From a bacterium (lineage in GTDB: Bacteria; Krumholzibacteriota; Krumholzibacteriia; LZORAL124-64-63), in the NCBI GenBank assembly GCA_031441465.1, contig JANOEP010000046.1, positions 32,001-96,000 on the forward strand: a stretch of 64,000 nt of DNA. Reading direction: 5' to 3'. The notes below the pieces were generated by a model. The model worked only from the letters and a program-made list of their open reading frames with translations. It had not been told where the DNA came from and ran no database searches. Below are positions 30,570 through 42,374 of this stretch, in pieces (within the stretch, counting starts at the first letter, position 1; each line of letters begins with the position of its first letter). Made by a program: the position numbers and the translations under genes.

Positions 30570-33369
30570 GGGCGGCCGCCCAGTCGGCGCCCTCGTGCAC
30601 GTCCACGACCAGCGGCACCGCGAGGTCGGCGACCTGTTCCATGGCCGTGCGCACCAGCGTGGTCACGACCGCGAGTTCGTCGCGCGGGACCTCCAGCAGC
30701 AGCTCGTCGTGGACCTGCAGCAGCAGCAGCGCGCGGGAGCCGCTCTGCTGCAGCTCGCGGTCGACGCGCAGCATCGCCTGCTTGATAAGGTCGGCGGCGG
30801 CGCCTTGGATCGGGGTGTTGACCGCCATGCGCTCGGCGAGGCTGCGCCGTCGCGGGTCGTCGGACGCGATGTCCGGCAGCGGGCGCCGCCGGCCCGACAT
30901 GGTCGTGACGCCGCCGTCGCGGCGGGCGGCGGACTTCGTCGCTTCGATGTAGTCGCGCACCCCCGGGTACGTCCGGAAGTAGGCGTCGATGAAGGCAGCC
31001 GCTTCGCGCACGCTCACCGTGATCCGGCGGGCCAGGGCGCGGGCGCCCATCCCGTAGATCACGCCGAAATTGATGGCCTTGGCGCGCGAACGCATCAGCG
31101 GCGTCACCTCGGCCACGGGGATCGCGTTGATCAGGGCCGCCGTGCGGCGGTGCACGTCGCCGGCGGCGTGGAAGGTGGTGATCAGCTCCGCGTCGCCGCT
31201 GAGGTGCGCCAGCAGGCGCAGTTCGATCTGCGAATAGTCGGCCGAGAGGAAGACCGCGCCGGGATCGCGCGGCACGAAGGCGCGGCGGATCAGCCGGCCG
31301 TTCTCCGAGCGCACGGGGATGTTCTGCAGGTTCGGGTCCGAGGAGGACAGGCGCCCCGTCGCGGCCACCGCCTGGTTGAACGAGGTGTGGACCAGGCCGC
31401 TGTCCGGGTTCACCAGCTGGACGAGCGCCTCGACGTAAGTTCCCAGCAGTTTCGCCAGTTGCCGGTGTTCCAGCACCAGGGCGGGCAGCGGGTGTTCCGC
31501 CGCGAGATCCTCGAGCACCGAGACGTCGGTGCTCCAGCCCGAGGATGTCTTCTTGGAGGGCTTCAGCTTCAGGCGCCCGAACAGGACCTCGGCCAGCTGC
31601 TTCGGGGACTGCACGTTGAACGGGCCGCCGGCCTGCTCGTGGATGCGCACCTCGAGGGCGGCGAGTTCCTCGCGGAAGCGGTCGCCGACCGCCGCCAGCA
31701 TCGCCGTGTCGACGCGGATGCCGCGGCGCTCCATCCGGTAGAGGATCTCCGAGAGCGGCATCTCCAGATCGCGGAACAGCCGCTGCAATCCCGGCGCCGC
31801 CACGAGTTCCGCGGCGAAGCGCACACGCAGGCGCAGGGTCAGGTCGGCGTCCTCCGCCGCGTAGGCGCAGAGGCGTGCGAGCGGCACGCCGAGGATGTCG
31901 CGGACGCGGTCGCCCTCGCCGAACAGGGCCGCGTACGGGATCGGCGTTGTGCCGAGGCAATCCTCGGACAACGCGTCGAGGCCGAAGCTCAGGCGCGACG
32001 GGTCCAGGACGAAGGCGGCCACCATGGTGTCGAAGCGGGGTCCTGCCAGGGGCAGGCCGTGGCGCGCGAGGATCCACTCGTCGAATTTCAGATTCTGGCC
32101 GACCTTCTCGCGCGTGGGGTCCGCCAGGACCGGCGCGAGCAGGGGGCGGACCCACGCCAGGTGGTCGATCTCGGCCGCGGCGGCGAAGAGGGAGCCCTGG
32201 GCCTCGCCGCGCCGCTCCAGCACCGGGATGTAAACCGCGGCGCCTGGCCGGACCGCCAGCGAGACGCCCACCAGGCGGGCGCGGTCGGTCCGCAGCCCGT
32301 CGGTCTCGGTGTCGACGGCCAGGGGCGCGCCCGGGGGCAGTTCCTTCAGCCAGGCCGCGAGGTCCGCCGGCGTCGCGAGCAGCCGGTAGTCCGGCCAGTC
32401 CGCCGGCGCCGGGGTCGCCCGCTCGTCCACCGCGTCCACCACGGCGTCCGGCGCCGCGACCGACCCCGAGTATGGGGGTCCGGCGCCAATGCCGCGCGCG
32501 ACGAGCCGGTCGCTGAGCGCCACGACCTGCCGCAGGCCCAGCTCGGCCAGCAGGGCGCGCGCGGTGTCGTTCGCCGGCAGCACCGTGCGCAACGACTCCC
32601 AGTCCGGTACGAGCGGGACCTGCTCGTCGATGGTGAACAGGCGGCGCGAAAGTTCGACCTGCTCGCGGTTCTCCAGCAGGATCCGGCGCAGGCGCGTGGT
32701 GACGCCCGGCCGTTCCAGGTTGCGGTACAGGTCGTCGAGGGAGCCCGCCTCGGCCACGAGCTTGGCCGCGGTCTTGATCCCGATGCCGGGAGCGCCCGGG
32801 ATGTTGTCGCTGCTGTCGCCGGAGAGGGCGAAGACGTCGATCAGGGTCCGCGGCGCCACGCCGTATTCGCGCTGCACGTCCCGCGGGCCCACTTCGACGA
32901 TGTCGGCGCCGCGCGCCCCGGGCTTCAGCATGCCCGTCCGATCGTCCAGCAACTGCTGGAAGTCCTTGTCGCCGGTGTAGAACCACACCCGGTCGGCCAC
33001 GCCCGCGCTGAGCCGGGCCAGCGTGCCCATCAGGTCATCCGCCTCGTAGCCGTCGAGTTCCAGCACCGCGACACCCCAGGCGGACAGCACCTCGCGCAAC
33101 CGCGGCAGCTGGGAGGCGAGTTCCGGGGGCATGGGTTTGCGGTTGGCCTTGTAGGCCGGGAACATCTGGTGGCGGAAGACGGGGCCCGGGCGGTCGAAGA
33201 CCACGGCCAGGTACTCCGGCCGGCGCTCCTCGATCACACGCAGCACGCCCATGCAGAACCCGAAGGCGACCGATGTCGGCTCGCCGGCCGGCGAATTCAG
33301 CGGCCGGCCCGCGAACGCGAAGTGCGCCCGGTAGACCAGGGCCGAACCGTCGACCAGGATCAGCGACAA
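30562..33369 (-). CDS. polA: DNA polymerase I
   Basis: LVDGSALVYRAHF, YKANR, EADD, GDSSDNIPG, ExoI DTET, TGRLSSSDPNLQNIP, ADYSQIELR, KAINFGVIYG, LQVHDEL; TTG start after AAAGGA. Confidence 0.95.
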   Translation of the reverse strand: MSLILVDGSALVYRAHFAFAGRPLNSPAGEPTSVAFGFCMGVLRVIEERRPEYLAVVFDRPGPVFRHQMFPAYKANRKPMPPELASQLPRLREVLSAWGVAVLELDGYEADDLMGTLARLSAGVADRVWFYTGDKDFQQLLDDRTGMLKPGARGADIVEVGPRDVQREYGVAPRTLIDVFALSGDSSDNIPGAPGIGIKTAAKLVAEAGSLDDLYRNLERPGVTTRLRRILLENREQVELSRRLFTIDEQVPLVPDWESLRTVLPANDTARALLAELGLRQVVALSDRLVARGIGAGPPYSGSVAAPDAVVDAVDERATPAPADWPDYRLLATPADLAAWLKELPPGAPLAVDTETDGLRTDRARLVGVSLAVRPGAAVYIPVLERRGEAQGSLFAAAAEIDHLAWVRPLLAPVLADPTREKVGQNLKFDEWILARHGLPLAGPRFDTMVAAFVLDPSRLSFGLDALSEDCLGTTPIPYAALFGEGDRVRDILGVPLARLCAYAAEDADLTLRLRVRFAAELVAAPGLQRLFRDLEMPLSEILYRMERRGIRVDTAMLAAVGDRFREELAALEVRIHEQAGGPFNVQSPKQLAEVLFGRLKLKPSKKTSSGWSTDVSVLEDLAAEHPLPALVLEHRQLAKLLGTYVEALVQLVNPDSGLVHTSFNQAVAATGRLSSSDPNLQNIPVRSENGRLIRRAFVPRDPGAVFLSADYSQIELRLLAHLSGDAELITTFHAAGDVHRRTAALINAIPVAEVTPLMRSRAKAINFGVIYGMGARALARRITVSVREAAAFIDAYFRTYPGVRDYIEATKSAARRDGGVTTMSGRRRPLPDIASDDPRRRSLAERMAVNTPIQGAAADLIKQAMLRVDRELQQSGSRALLLLQVHDELLLEVPRDELAVVTTLVRTAMEQVADLAVPLVVDVHEGADWAAAHG

Positions 33370-33968
33370 GGGGTGTCCTTTCGATGACCGTACAGCCCGC
33401 GTTCGCTGACATAGGCGGCGACCGCGGGCGGCAACAGGTCCGCGGCCGCCTGTCCCCGGCGCAGCCGCTCGCGGATCTCGCGGCTGGCGTCCGGCGCCGC
33501 GAAGTCCGGCAGCACCACCGAACCCGGCGGCAAGTCCGCCGGAACCGGCGCTCGCCCGTCGCGGGAGAGCACGATCGGTCGGGCCAGCGCCAACACGCGC
33601 CCGGGCCGGCGCCATCCGGCCAATCCCCGCCAGGCGTCCTCCCCCAGCACGAGCCAGAGCTGGTCCTGCGGGTGGAGCGCGGCGAGGGACTCGAGCGTGT
33701 CGACTGTCCAGCTGGTTCCGTCACGCACGACCTCGCCGTCCCAGACCTCGACGCCGCCGAGACCCTCGACGCCGAGACTCGCGACACCGAGGCGGACCAT
33801 GGCCAGACGGTCGTCAGCCGTGGCCTGCGCCGGCGGTTTCAGGGGCGATTGCCCCGCGGGCACCACCAGCACCCGGTCGCAGAGGTCTCGGGCCAGCAGT
33901 TCGCGGATCACGGCCAGATGGCCGCCGTGGAAGGGATCGAAGGCGCCGCCGAACACCGCCAACCTCAT
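33360..33968 (-). CDS. nadD: nicotinate-nucleotide adenylyltransferase
   Basis: FGGAFDPFHGGH, SWTVDTL, LGED, ASREIRERL, GLY. Confidence 0.88.
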   Translation of the reverse strand: MRLAVFGGAFDPFHGGHLAVIRELLARDLCDRVLVVPAGQSPLKPPAQATADDRLAMVRLGVASLGVEGLGGVEVWDGEVVRDGTSWTVDTLESLAALHPQDQLWLVLGEDAWRGLAGWRRPGRVLALARPIVLSRDGRAPVPADLPPGSVVLPDFAAPDASREIRERLRRGQAAADLLPPAVAAYVSERGLYGHRKDTPCR

Positions 33969-33987
33969 GATTCCGTCCGCCTCACGA

Positions 33988-34752
33988 TCACGGCGCGACG
34001 GCCGGCAACCCGTCGAGGAGCCGCCGCGATTCGGCTGCGAATTTGCCATCTGGCTGCTCGCGCAGGAGCGTCTCCAGGACTTCGCGGGCCCGCGGCGCCT
34101 CGTTCTGGCGCAACGCGAGCCGGGCCCGGTCCATCAGGATCCGGTCCCGGTACTGCGTCTCCGGCTCCTCGGCGATGAGCCGGTCGAGGGTGACCGCCAT
34201 CGCGTCGGGCTTGTGGAGCTGGCGGTAGACTTCGATCACGCCGAGTTGCTTGAGCGCCAAGACGTCGCTGATCTCCACGAGGTGAGACCGGGCCGCGTCG
34301 GCGCGCGGCGAGGTCGGGTAGGTCTGCAGGAAGCTGCGGAACAGCACGCGGGCTTCGCGGGCCGGCGTGACGTCCCGCTGCACGCTGCCGACCTGGAGCA
34401 GGTGCGAGCGCGCCTCCTCGAACAGGGCCTCCTCGACCAGGTCGCTGTTGGGGTACTCCTGGCGCAGGATCTGCAACTCGACCGCGGCGAGGGGGTACTC
34501 CTCGGTGACGAGGTAGGAACGGGCCTTCTCCAACTGGGCGCGGGCGGCCAGGCTGTCGGTCGGGCTGCGGCGCAGGAACGCGGTGTAGGCGTCGACGGCT
34601 TCGCGGTGCTTGCCGCGGTCGGCGTAGGCCAGCGCGCGCTCGTAGGAGCCGGCAGGGTGGGGGTTGGTGTACCCGCAGCCGGCGAGCGCGGCGGCCACGC
34701 AGGCCGCCGTGATCAGGAACGGCCATCGCGTCGTGGAGCGGCTTGCCTGCAC
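33988..34752 (-). CDS. bamD: outer membrane assembly lipoprotein BamD
   Basis: Lipobox LAGC, TPR repeats, QRDVTPAREA, FLQTYPTS, LALKQLGVIEVY. Confidence 0.75.
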   Translation of the reverse strand: MQASRSTTRWPFLITAACVAAALAGCGYTNPHPAGSYERALAYADRGKHREAVDAYTAFLRRSPTDSLAARAQLEKARSYLVTEEYPLAAVELQILRQEYPNSDLVEEALFEEARSHLLQVGSVQRDVTPAREARVLFRSFLQTYPTSPRADAARSHLVEISDVLALKQLGVIEVYRQLHKPDAMAVTLDRLIAEEPETQYRDRILMDRARLALRQNEAPRAREVLETLLREQPDGKFAAESRRLLDGLPAVAP

Positions 34753-34778
34753 GTGTCCTCCCGGGTTCCGGCGGCGAT

Positions 34779-35465
34779 TCAGTTGCCGGAGTTGGCGAAA
34801 TAGACCGCCACGAGGCCGGTCAGGGCGCCCACGACGACGAGTTCCTCGAGGATCGCGCGCACCCCTCCCTCGGCGGGTTCGGCGGTGGTGAAGGCGTAGG
34901 TCGCCGCATCCACGGCTGCGAGGTGTTGCGCCGGGATCCGGTCGGTGTAGCCGCGGGCCAGCCTCTTGTCGAGCAGCAGGCGCCCGGTGGCCTTCTCGAG
35001 CACCGTCACCTGCACGACCGCCTGGAACTCCCGGTCCAACCAGCGGCGCCAGAGGCCGAAGCGCCGGCCCACCCGCGGGTAGCTCAGGTCCACGTCCTCG
35101 ATGTAGTAGCGGAACTCGTAGTCGGCCCCGACTACGGTCGCCGTCTTGGTCGCCGCCACGTCCGTCTCGTCCAGCAGGACCGCGTGACCGGCGGCCGTCA
35201 ACTCGGCGAAGGCGGCCGTGTCGAAGAGCGGCTGGGCGACGTGCTTGGCGCGGGGGCGCAGCGCGACGCGGGAACTGTCGGGCGGCAGCACCGCGGCGGC
35301 CTCGCGCACGATGTCGGCGAACAGAGCCCGGGTCAGCCAGAGGTTCGTGCGCACGGTGTCGGGACCGGCGGCGGCGAAGGGGGGCGGCGCGTCCTGGGCC
35401 GCGACGGCGCCGGACAGCGCCAGGCTCAAGGTCAGGGCCGTCGCAACGGCGGCGAGCAGTCTCAT
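34779..35465 (-). CDS. hypothetical exported protein with C-terminal TM anchor
   Basis: Signal peptide MRLLAAVATALTLSLALSGAVAA; hydrophobic tail LVVVGALTGLVAVYF; ATGA overlap with rimO. Confidence 0.65.
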   Translation of the reverse strand: MRLLAAVATALTLSLALSGAVAAQDAPPPFAAAGPDTVRTNLWLTRALFADIVREAAAVLPPDSSRVALRPRAKHVAQPLFDTAAFAELTAAGHAVLLDETDVAATKTATVVGADYEFRYYIEDVDLSYPRVGRRFGLWRRWLDREFQAVVQVTVLEKATGRLLLDKRLARGYTDRIPAQHLAAVDAATYAFTTAEPAEGGVRAILEELVVVGALTGLVAVYFANSGN

Positions 35466-36874
35466 CGAAATTCCTTTCCCCGCGCCGCGGCCCGCACGCC
35501 CAGGACGTCGAAGGGCGTGACGGCGGCGAAGCGGGCCGTGAGCCAGTCCCCGGCGGCGAGACCGCGCCCGTCGAGCAGCACGACCCCGTCCGTTTCGTAG
35601 GCGAAATGCCGGCTGCGGGCGACGGCGACCGGTCCCGCGGCCAGCGAACCCGGATCCGCGGTCCCGGGTTCCCGATCCCCGCCGGCGAGGTCCTCCAGCA
35701 GGTCCGCCCACTCGGCGCCGTCGCCGACGCTGTCGACGACGACGTCGAACTCCTCCCCCAGCCTGGTGAGCTGCCGATCGCGGGCGATCTCCGACTGGAG
35801 GTCCATGATGCGGGCCTCGCGGTCGGCGACCTCCTCGGTGTCGGGCGCGTCGTCGAAGCCAGCGCCGGCGGTCCCCGCCTCGGGAGAATAGCGGTAGGTG
35901 CCCACGTGGTCAAACCGGATGCGCTCCAGGAAGTCCGCCGTGACTTCGATGTCCTCCTCCTGCTCACCCGGGAATCCCAGCAGCAGCGTGGTGCGCAGCA
36001 CCAGGTCGGGACGGTCGCGGCGCAGTTCTTCGAAGAAGCGCGCCAGCTTCTCCGTGTCGAAGGGCCGGTTCATGCGGCGCAGCACCGCCGGCGAGGCGTG
36101 CTGGACCGGCATGTCCACGTAAGGCAGCACCTTGGGCAGGTCGAGCAGGCGGCGGAAACGGTCCACCCCGATCAGGCCCGGGTAGAGGTAGTGCAGCCGT
36201 ACCCAGCGCAGATCGGCGACCTCCGCCAGCGCCGCCGCGAGGTCGAACAGGTCTTCGCCGGCCCCGCGGCCGAAATCGCTGGTGTTCTGGGAGACCAGCA
36301 TCAGCTCGCGCACCCCCCGCGCCGCCAGCCGGCGGGCCTCGTCGACCAGTTCGGCGACCGGCCGCGAACGCTGGTCGCCGCGAATCAGGGGGATGCGGCA
36401 GAAGGCGCAGCGGAAGTTGCAGCCCTCGGACACCTTCATGAATGCCAAGTGCGGCGGCGTCAGCAGGGGGCGGTCGGCCATCCCCTCGTAGCGGGCCTCT
36501 TCGGGGCGCGCCACGGGGACCCGGTCCTGTCCCAGTTCCAGGGCGTCGAGCAGCCGATCGAAGTTGCCGACGCCGTTGACCAGGTCGATCCCGGGATGGT
36601 CGCGCGCGATGCTCTCGCCGTGCTCCTGGGTCAGGCAGCCCGTCACCACGAGGGTGCGCCCACCCTTGGTGGCGCACATTTCGGCGATGGCTTCGTAGCT
36701 GTCGAGGCGCGCGGCCTCGATGAAGCCACAGGTGTTCAGCACCCAGATGTCGGCGCCGGCGGGGTCGGCCGTGGTGGGGATGCCCCGCGCGACGAAGCGG
36801 CCGAGCAGCGCCTCGCTGTCCACCAGGTTCTTGTCGCAGCCGAGGGTGCGGCAGTGGACGGTGCGCCGGGTCAC
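35462..36874 (-). CDS. rimO: ribosomal protein S12 methylthiotransferase RimO
   Basis: LGCDKNLVDSE, NTCGFIEAA, EGCNFRCAFCRIP (CxxxCxxC), WVRLHYLYP, ETDG. Confidence 0.92.
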   Translation of the reverse strand: MTRRTVHCRTLGCDKNLVDSEALLGRFVARGIPTTADPAGADIWVLNTCGFIEAARLDSYEAIAEMCATKGGRTLVVTGCLTQEHGESIARDHPGIDLVNGVGNFDRLLDALELGQDRVPVARPEEARYEGMADRPLLTPPHLAFMKVSEGCNFRCAFCRIPLIRGDQRSRPVAELVDEARRLAARGVRELMLVSQNTSDFGRGAGEDLFDLAAALAEVADLRWVRLHYLYPGLIGVDRFRRLLDLPKVLPYVDMPVQHASPAVLRRMNRPFDTEKLARFFEELRRDRPDLVLRTTLLLGFPGEQEEDIEVTADFLERIRFDHVGTYRYSPEAGTAGAGFDDAPDTEEVADREARIMDLQSEIARDRQLTRLGEEFDVVVDSVGDGAEWADLLEDLAGGDREPGTADPGSLAAGPVAVARSRHFAYETDGVVLLDGRGLAAGDWLTARFAAVTPFDVLGVRAAARGKEFR

Positions 36875-39247
36875 GTGAGGCTGTCCTCCTCGAATTCGCG
36901 CAGGGCGCTGAGGTCGTCGGGCTTCATGACGACCTCGCGGGCCTTGCTGCCGATGAACGGCCCCACCACGCCCGCCTGCTCGAGCAGGTCCATGAGCCGT
37001 CCGGCGCGCGCATAACCGATCTGCAGCTTGCGCTGCAGCATCGAGGTCGACCCGTGCTGGGACAGCACGATGATCTCGCGCGCCTTCTCGAACAGCGGGT
37101 CGTCGTCGAGATCCAGCACGGAGGCCTCCTCGCGCTCCTCCTGCAGGGTGATGGGCCGCGTGACGTGCTTGAACTGTCGCCAGTGGGCGGCCAGGGCCTC
37201 GCACTCCTCGATGTCGATGAACGCGCCGTGGACGCGCACCGGCGTGGCCCGGCCCGGCTGCAGGTACAGCATGTCGCCCTTGCCCAGGAGCTTCTCGGCT
37301 CCGTTCGCGTCCAGGATGGTGCGCGAGTCGTTCTTCTGGATGACCCGGAAGGCGATGCGGCAGGGGATGTTGGCCTTGATCACGCCGGTCAGCACGTCGA
37401 CGCTCGGGCGCTGCGTCGCCAGCACCAGGTGGATGCCCACGGCGCGCGCCTTCTGGGCGATCCGGGTGATCGGCATCTCGATCTCCTGGCCGAGCTGGAT
37501 CATGAGATCCGCCAGTTCGTCGACGATGCAGACGTAGTAGGGCATCGGCTCGCTGATCGCAACGCCGTCGTCGCCTGCAATCTCGCCGGCGGCCACCTTG
37601 CGGTTGTAACCCTCGATGTTGCGCACGCTGTGGCGCGAGAGGCGCCGGTAGCGGTGGTCCATCTGGGCTTCCATCCACTTCAGCGCCCGCAGCGCGTCCT
37701 TGGGGTCGGTCACCACCGGCAGCAGCAGGTGCGGGATGTCGTTGTAGACGTTCAGCTCCAGCATCTTGGGATCGATCAGCAGCAGCCGGACCAGGGAGGG
37801 GTCGCAGCGCAGCAGCAGCGAGCTGATCATGGCGTTGACGCAGACGCTCTTGCCGCTGCCGGTCGAGCCGGCCACCAGCAGGTGGGGCTGCTCGGCGAGG
37901 TCGATCGTCACCGCCTCGCCGAAGACGTCGCGGCCCAGCACCACGCTCAGCGGGGTGCGCATGCGGTCGGCGGCCTGGACGAAGACCTCCTTCATCGAGA
38001 CGATCTGCTGCGTCGGGTTGGGGATCTCGATGCCGACGGCCGCCTTGCCGGGGATGGGAGCCTCCATGCGGATGGAGCGGGCCTTCATCGCCAGGGCGAG
38101 GTCGTCGGAACGCTGCACGATGGCGTTGACCTTGATCCCGGACGCCGGCTGGTACTCGTAGGTGGTCACCACGGGGCCGGGCCGGACGTCCTTGACCGCG
38201 CCCTCGACGCCGAACGAGCGCAGCGTCTCCTCGAGCAGGTCGGCCGCGGCGTGCAGCAATTCCGCGGAAACGGCCACGCGGTCGGTCGGCGGTTCGCGCA
38301 GCACCGAGAGGTCGGGCAGCGGCAGCGGCACCGCCGGATCCACCAGTCCCGAGGTGACTTCGGCGAATCCCTCGGCAGAGCCGGCGGCCGAGGCGCGGCG
38401 GCCCGCCACCGGCGGTCCGTCATCTTCGTCGAAATCCCTCGCCGAGGCGCGGTCGTGGTCGGGCGGGGCGTGCACGACGCGCGGGGTTGCGGCGGCCGGG
38501 GCCGGTTCCGCACGGGAACGGGCGGGCGCGACGGCCGACGCCACGGCCGCGGGCTTCACGACGCGCCGTTCGGCCTCGTCCCTGGCCGTCGCGGCCGCGC
38601 CGCGCCAGGTCCGGGCGATCCCGCGCACCAGACGCCACGGCAACATCAGAACCCAGAGCAACGCGCGCCAGGCGGCCACCAGTCCCGTGCCCAGCGCCTC
38701 TCCCCAGGGTCCCAAGCGGCCGAGGAAGGCCGGCAACCAGGGGTGCGTGGCGCGCAGCACGGCGGTCAACAGCAGGAACGACAGGAAGATGCCGGCGCCC
38801 CAGCGTCCGAAGAGGGCGCCGAATCCGCGCGCGAGGCCGTAACCGGGAGCCCCGCCCCACGCCGCGGCCGGCGCCGCTTCCAGCGGCCAGCCGGATTGCC
38901 CCAGCCAGGCGACCGAGGCAAGGCACAGCGGGATCAACCGGCTGCCCAAGTACAGTCGAGGCGCCTCACCGCGCGCCAGCAGGACCAGGCCGCGGATCGC
39001 CAGCAGCAACGGCAGGGCCCAGCACCAGAGCGCGCCCAGACCGGCGCGCAGCGCCAGCGCGACCAGGGCGCCGACCGGACCGCCGGGGTTGCCCTGGGGC
39101 ATCAATTCGGAGCCGGGATCGCCGTTCGCCAGGGACCACCAAGAGGCGGCCGGGCCGCTGAGCGCGAGCGCCGCGTAGACGGCCAGCACCACGTGCAGCA
39201 GGCCGCCGAGCCGCGGGGACCGCCACCAGCTTGCGGCGTTGGTCTGG

Positions 39248-39270
<23 letters not shown>
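36871..39270 (-). CDS. ftsK: DNA translocase FtsK
   Basis: N-terminal TMs, [46 protein letters not shown], gamma domain [14 protein letters not shown]. Confidence 0.93.
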
Positions 39271-40633
<1,363 letters not shown>

Positions 40634-40697
40634 CCGCGTCTCTCCTGTCGTGGCTCGGTACGGGAACGGCGGCGGCGGCGGCCGCTGCCGCCGGACG

Positions 40698-40726
40698 ATT
40701 GTCCGGCCGGCGCCGGAAAATGGCAA
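40698..40726 (-). promoter_or_regulatory. putative sigma70 promoter of accC
   Basis: TTGCCA-17 nt-GACAAT. Confidence 0.5.
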
Positions 40727-40745
40727 GCCTGGAAGCGGGACGGGA

Positions 40746-40776
40746 GCGGCGCGCGCCCCCCGGGGACGCGCGCCGC
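40746..40776 (-). terminator. GC hairpin after accB (terminator or RNA-stability element)
   Basis: 10-bp perfect stem gcggcgcgcg/cgcgcgccgc; no U-tract. Confidence 0.35.
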
Positions 40777-40790
40777 GGCTGGACGACGGT

Positions 40791-41255
40791 TCAGGCGGGA
40801 TCCACGAGGAACAGGATCGCCTCGGCTTCCACCGGCGTGGCGTTCTCGACCAGGATCTCTTTGATGACCCCGCCGAATTCGGCCTCGATCTCGTTCATGA
40901 CCTTCATGGCTTCGATGATGCACAAGGTCTGGCCCGGCTTGATGGTGTCACCCGTGTTGACGAAGTTCGGCACGTCCGGCGCGGGACCCCGGTACAGCGT
41001 GCCGACGATGGGCGAGCGGATCTCGCGCCACTTCGCCCGTTCGGGGTTGGCCGCGGGAGCGGCGGGCGCCGCCGTCGCGGAGGCGGCGACCGGCGCGGCC
41101 GCCGCCGGGGGCAACGTGGCGGCGTAGGCCAGGTGGGCCGACGGCGCGGCGTGCTTCTGGATGCGGATGGTGGTGTCCTTGTCGATCACTTCGAGTTCGT
41201 CGATGCGGCTGTCCTCGACCAGCTTGACAAGCTCGCGCACCTTGCTGAGATCCAT
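40791..41255 (-). CDS. accB: biotin carboxyl carrier protein
   Basis: Ala/Pro linker, [20 protein letters not shown] biotinylation motif. Confidence 0.94.
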   Translation of the reverse strand: MDLSKVRELVKLVEDSRIDELEVIDKDTTIRIQKHAAPSAHLAYAATLPPAAAAPVAASATAAPAAPAANPERAKWREIRSPIVGTLYRGPAPDVPNFVNTGDTIKPGQTLCIIEAMKVMNEIEAEFGGVIKEILVENATPVEAEAILFLVDPA

Positions 41256-41279
41256 GGTCTCCCCTTCCGGCCGGAGGCG

Positions 41280-41837
41280 TCAGACGCGCCCCAGGTACTT
41301 GCCCGTGCGGGTGTCGATCTTGAGGACCTCGCCCTCCTCGATGAACAGCGGCACCTGGACGACGAGCCCCGTCTCCAGGGTCGCCGGCTTGGAGGCGCCC
41401 TGGGCGGTGTCGCCACGCAGACCGGGATCGGTCTGGGCCACCTTCAGCTCGACGGTGTTGGGCGCCTCGACGGTCACCGGCACGCCGTCGCGCAGGAGCA
41501 TGTTGACCGTCTCGCTCTCCTTGACGTACTTGGCCACATCGCCCAGCGTGTCCCGGGGCAGCGAGATCTGCTCGTAGGTCTCGAGGTTCATGAAGGTCAG
41601 AAAATCGCCGTCCACGTAGAGGAACTGGAAGTCGCGACGCTCGAGCCGGACCTCCTCGAACTTCTCCCCGGAACGGAACGTGTCCTCGACGACCTTCCCG
41701 GTGGAAACGTTCTTCAGCTTCGTGCGCACGAAGGCCGAGCCCTTGCCCGGCTTGACGTGCTGGAAATCGACGATGGCCCAGAGACTGTTCTTGTAGTTCA
41801 GGACCATGCCGTTGCGAAAATCGCTCGTGTCAGCCAA
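41280..41837 (-). CDS. efp: elongation factor P
   Basis: HVKPGKGSAFVRTKLKN, RGDTAQGASKPATLETG, IDTRTGKY; TTG start after AGGAGAGG. Confidence 0.94.
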   Translation of the reverse strand: MADTSDFRNGMVLNYKNSLWAIVDFQHVKPGKGSAFVRTKLKNVSTGKVVEDTFRSGEKFEEVRLERRDFQFLYVDGDFLTFMNLETYEQISLPRDTLGDVAKYVKESETVNMLLRDGVPVTVEAPNTVELKVAQTDPGLRGDTAQGASKPATLETGLVVQVPLFIEEGEVLKIDTRTGKYLGRV

Positions 41838-41892
41838 CTCGGCCTCTCCTGTGCGAGTGACGCCCTGCCGGGCAGCGTGAAAATGCCCACTA

Positions 41893-41921
41893 TTGATAAC
41901 ATCTGTTCCGCGAGATGGCAA
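41893..41921 (-). promoter_or_regulatory. putative sigma70 promoter of efp-accB
   Basis: TTGCCA-17 nt-TATCAA in AT-rich gap. Confidence 0.45.
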
Positions 41922-42374
41922 TCAGGCGTTGCCGTCTCCCAGCAGCCCCTTCACGCCCCGCAGGGCAAGGCGGTAGCTGTCGACGCCGAAACCGCAGATC
42001 GAAGCCCTGACGACGTCCCGCAGCAGGTTCTGCCGGCGGAACGGCTCGCGGGCGTCGGGATTGGAAAGGTGGACTTCGACCACGGGCGTCGCCACGCAGA
42101 GCAGCGCGTCGCGCACCGCCACCGAGGTGTGGGTGTAGGCGGCGGCGTTGACCACCAGCGCCGCGGCCTCGTTCCCCCAGTGATGGATCAGGGTCACGAG
42201 TTCGCCCTCGACCTCGGTCTGGTGGCAGACGACGCGCAGCCCCAGCGCGGCACCTTCGGCCACACAGACGGCGTCGAGCTGCGCCAAGGTGAGCGCGGGG
42301 TAATGCTCGGCCTCGCGACGGCCGAGCTGGCTCAGGTTCGGCCCGTTCAGGACCGCGACCAGGGGTGCGGTCAC
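41922..42374 (-). CDS. aroQ: type II 3-dehydroquinate dehydratase
   Basis: LNGPNL..LGRRE, NAAAYTHTSVAVRDA, EVHLSN..AREPFR. Confidence 0.92.
   Translation of the reverse strand: MTAPLVAVLNGPNLSQLGRREAEHYPALTLAQLDAVCVAEGAALGLRVVCHQTEVEGELVTLIHHWGNEAAALVVNAAAYTHTSVAVRDALLCVATPVVEVHLSNPDAREPFRRQNLLRDVVRASICGFGVDSYRLALRGVKGLLGDGNA

Noticed and set aside
29446..33387. 1313-aa plus-strand ORF and many other long plus-strand ORFs (e.g. 23302-25863, 37054-39291)
   Set aside because: Antisense shadows of polA, clpC, ftsK and others; high GC suppresses stops and the translations have no recognisable motifs
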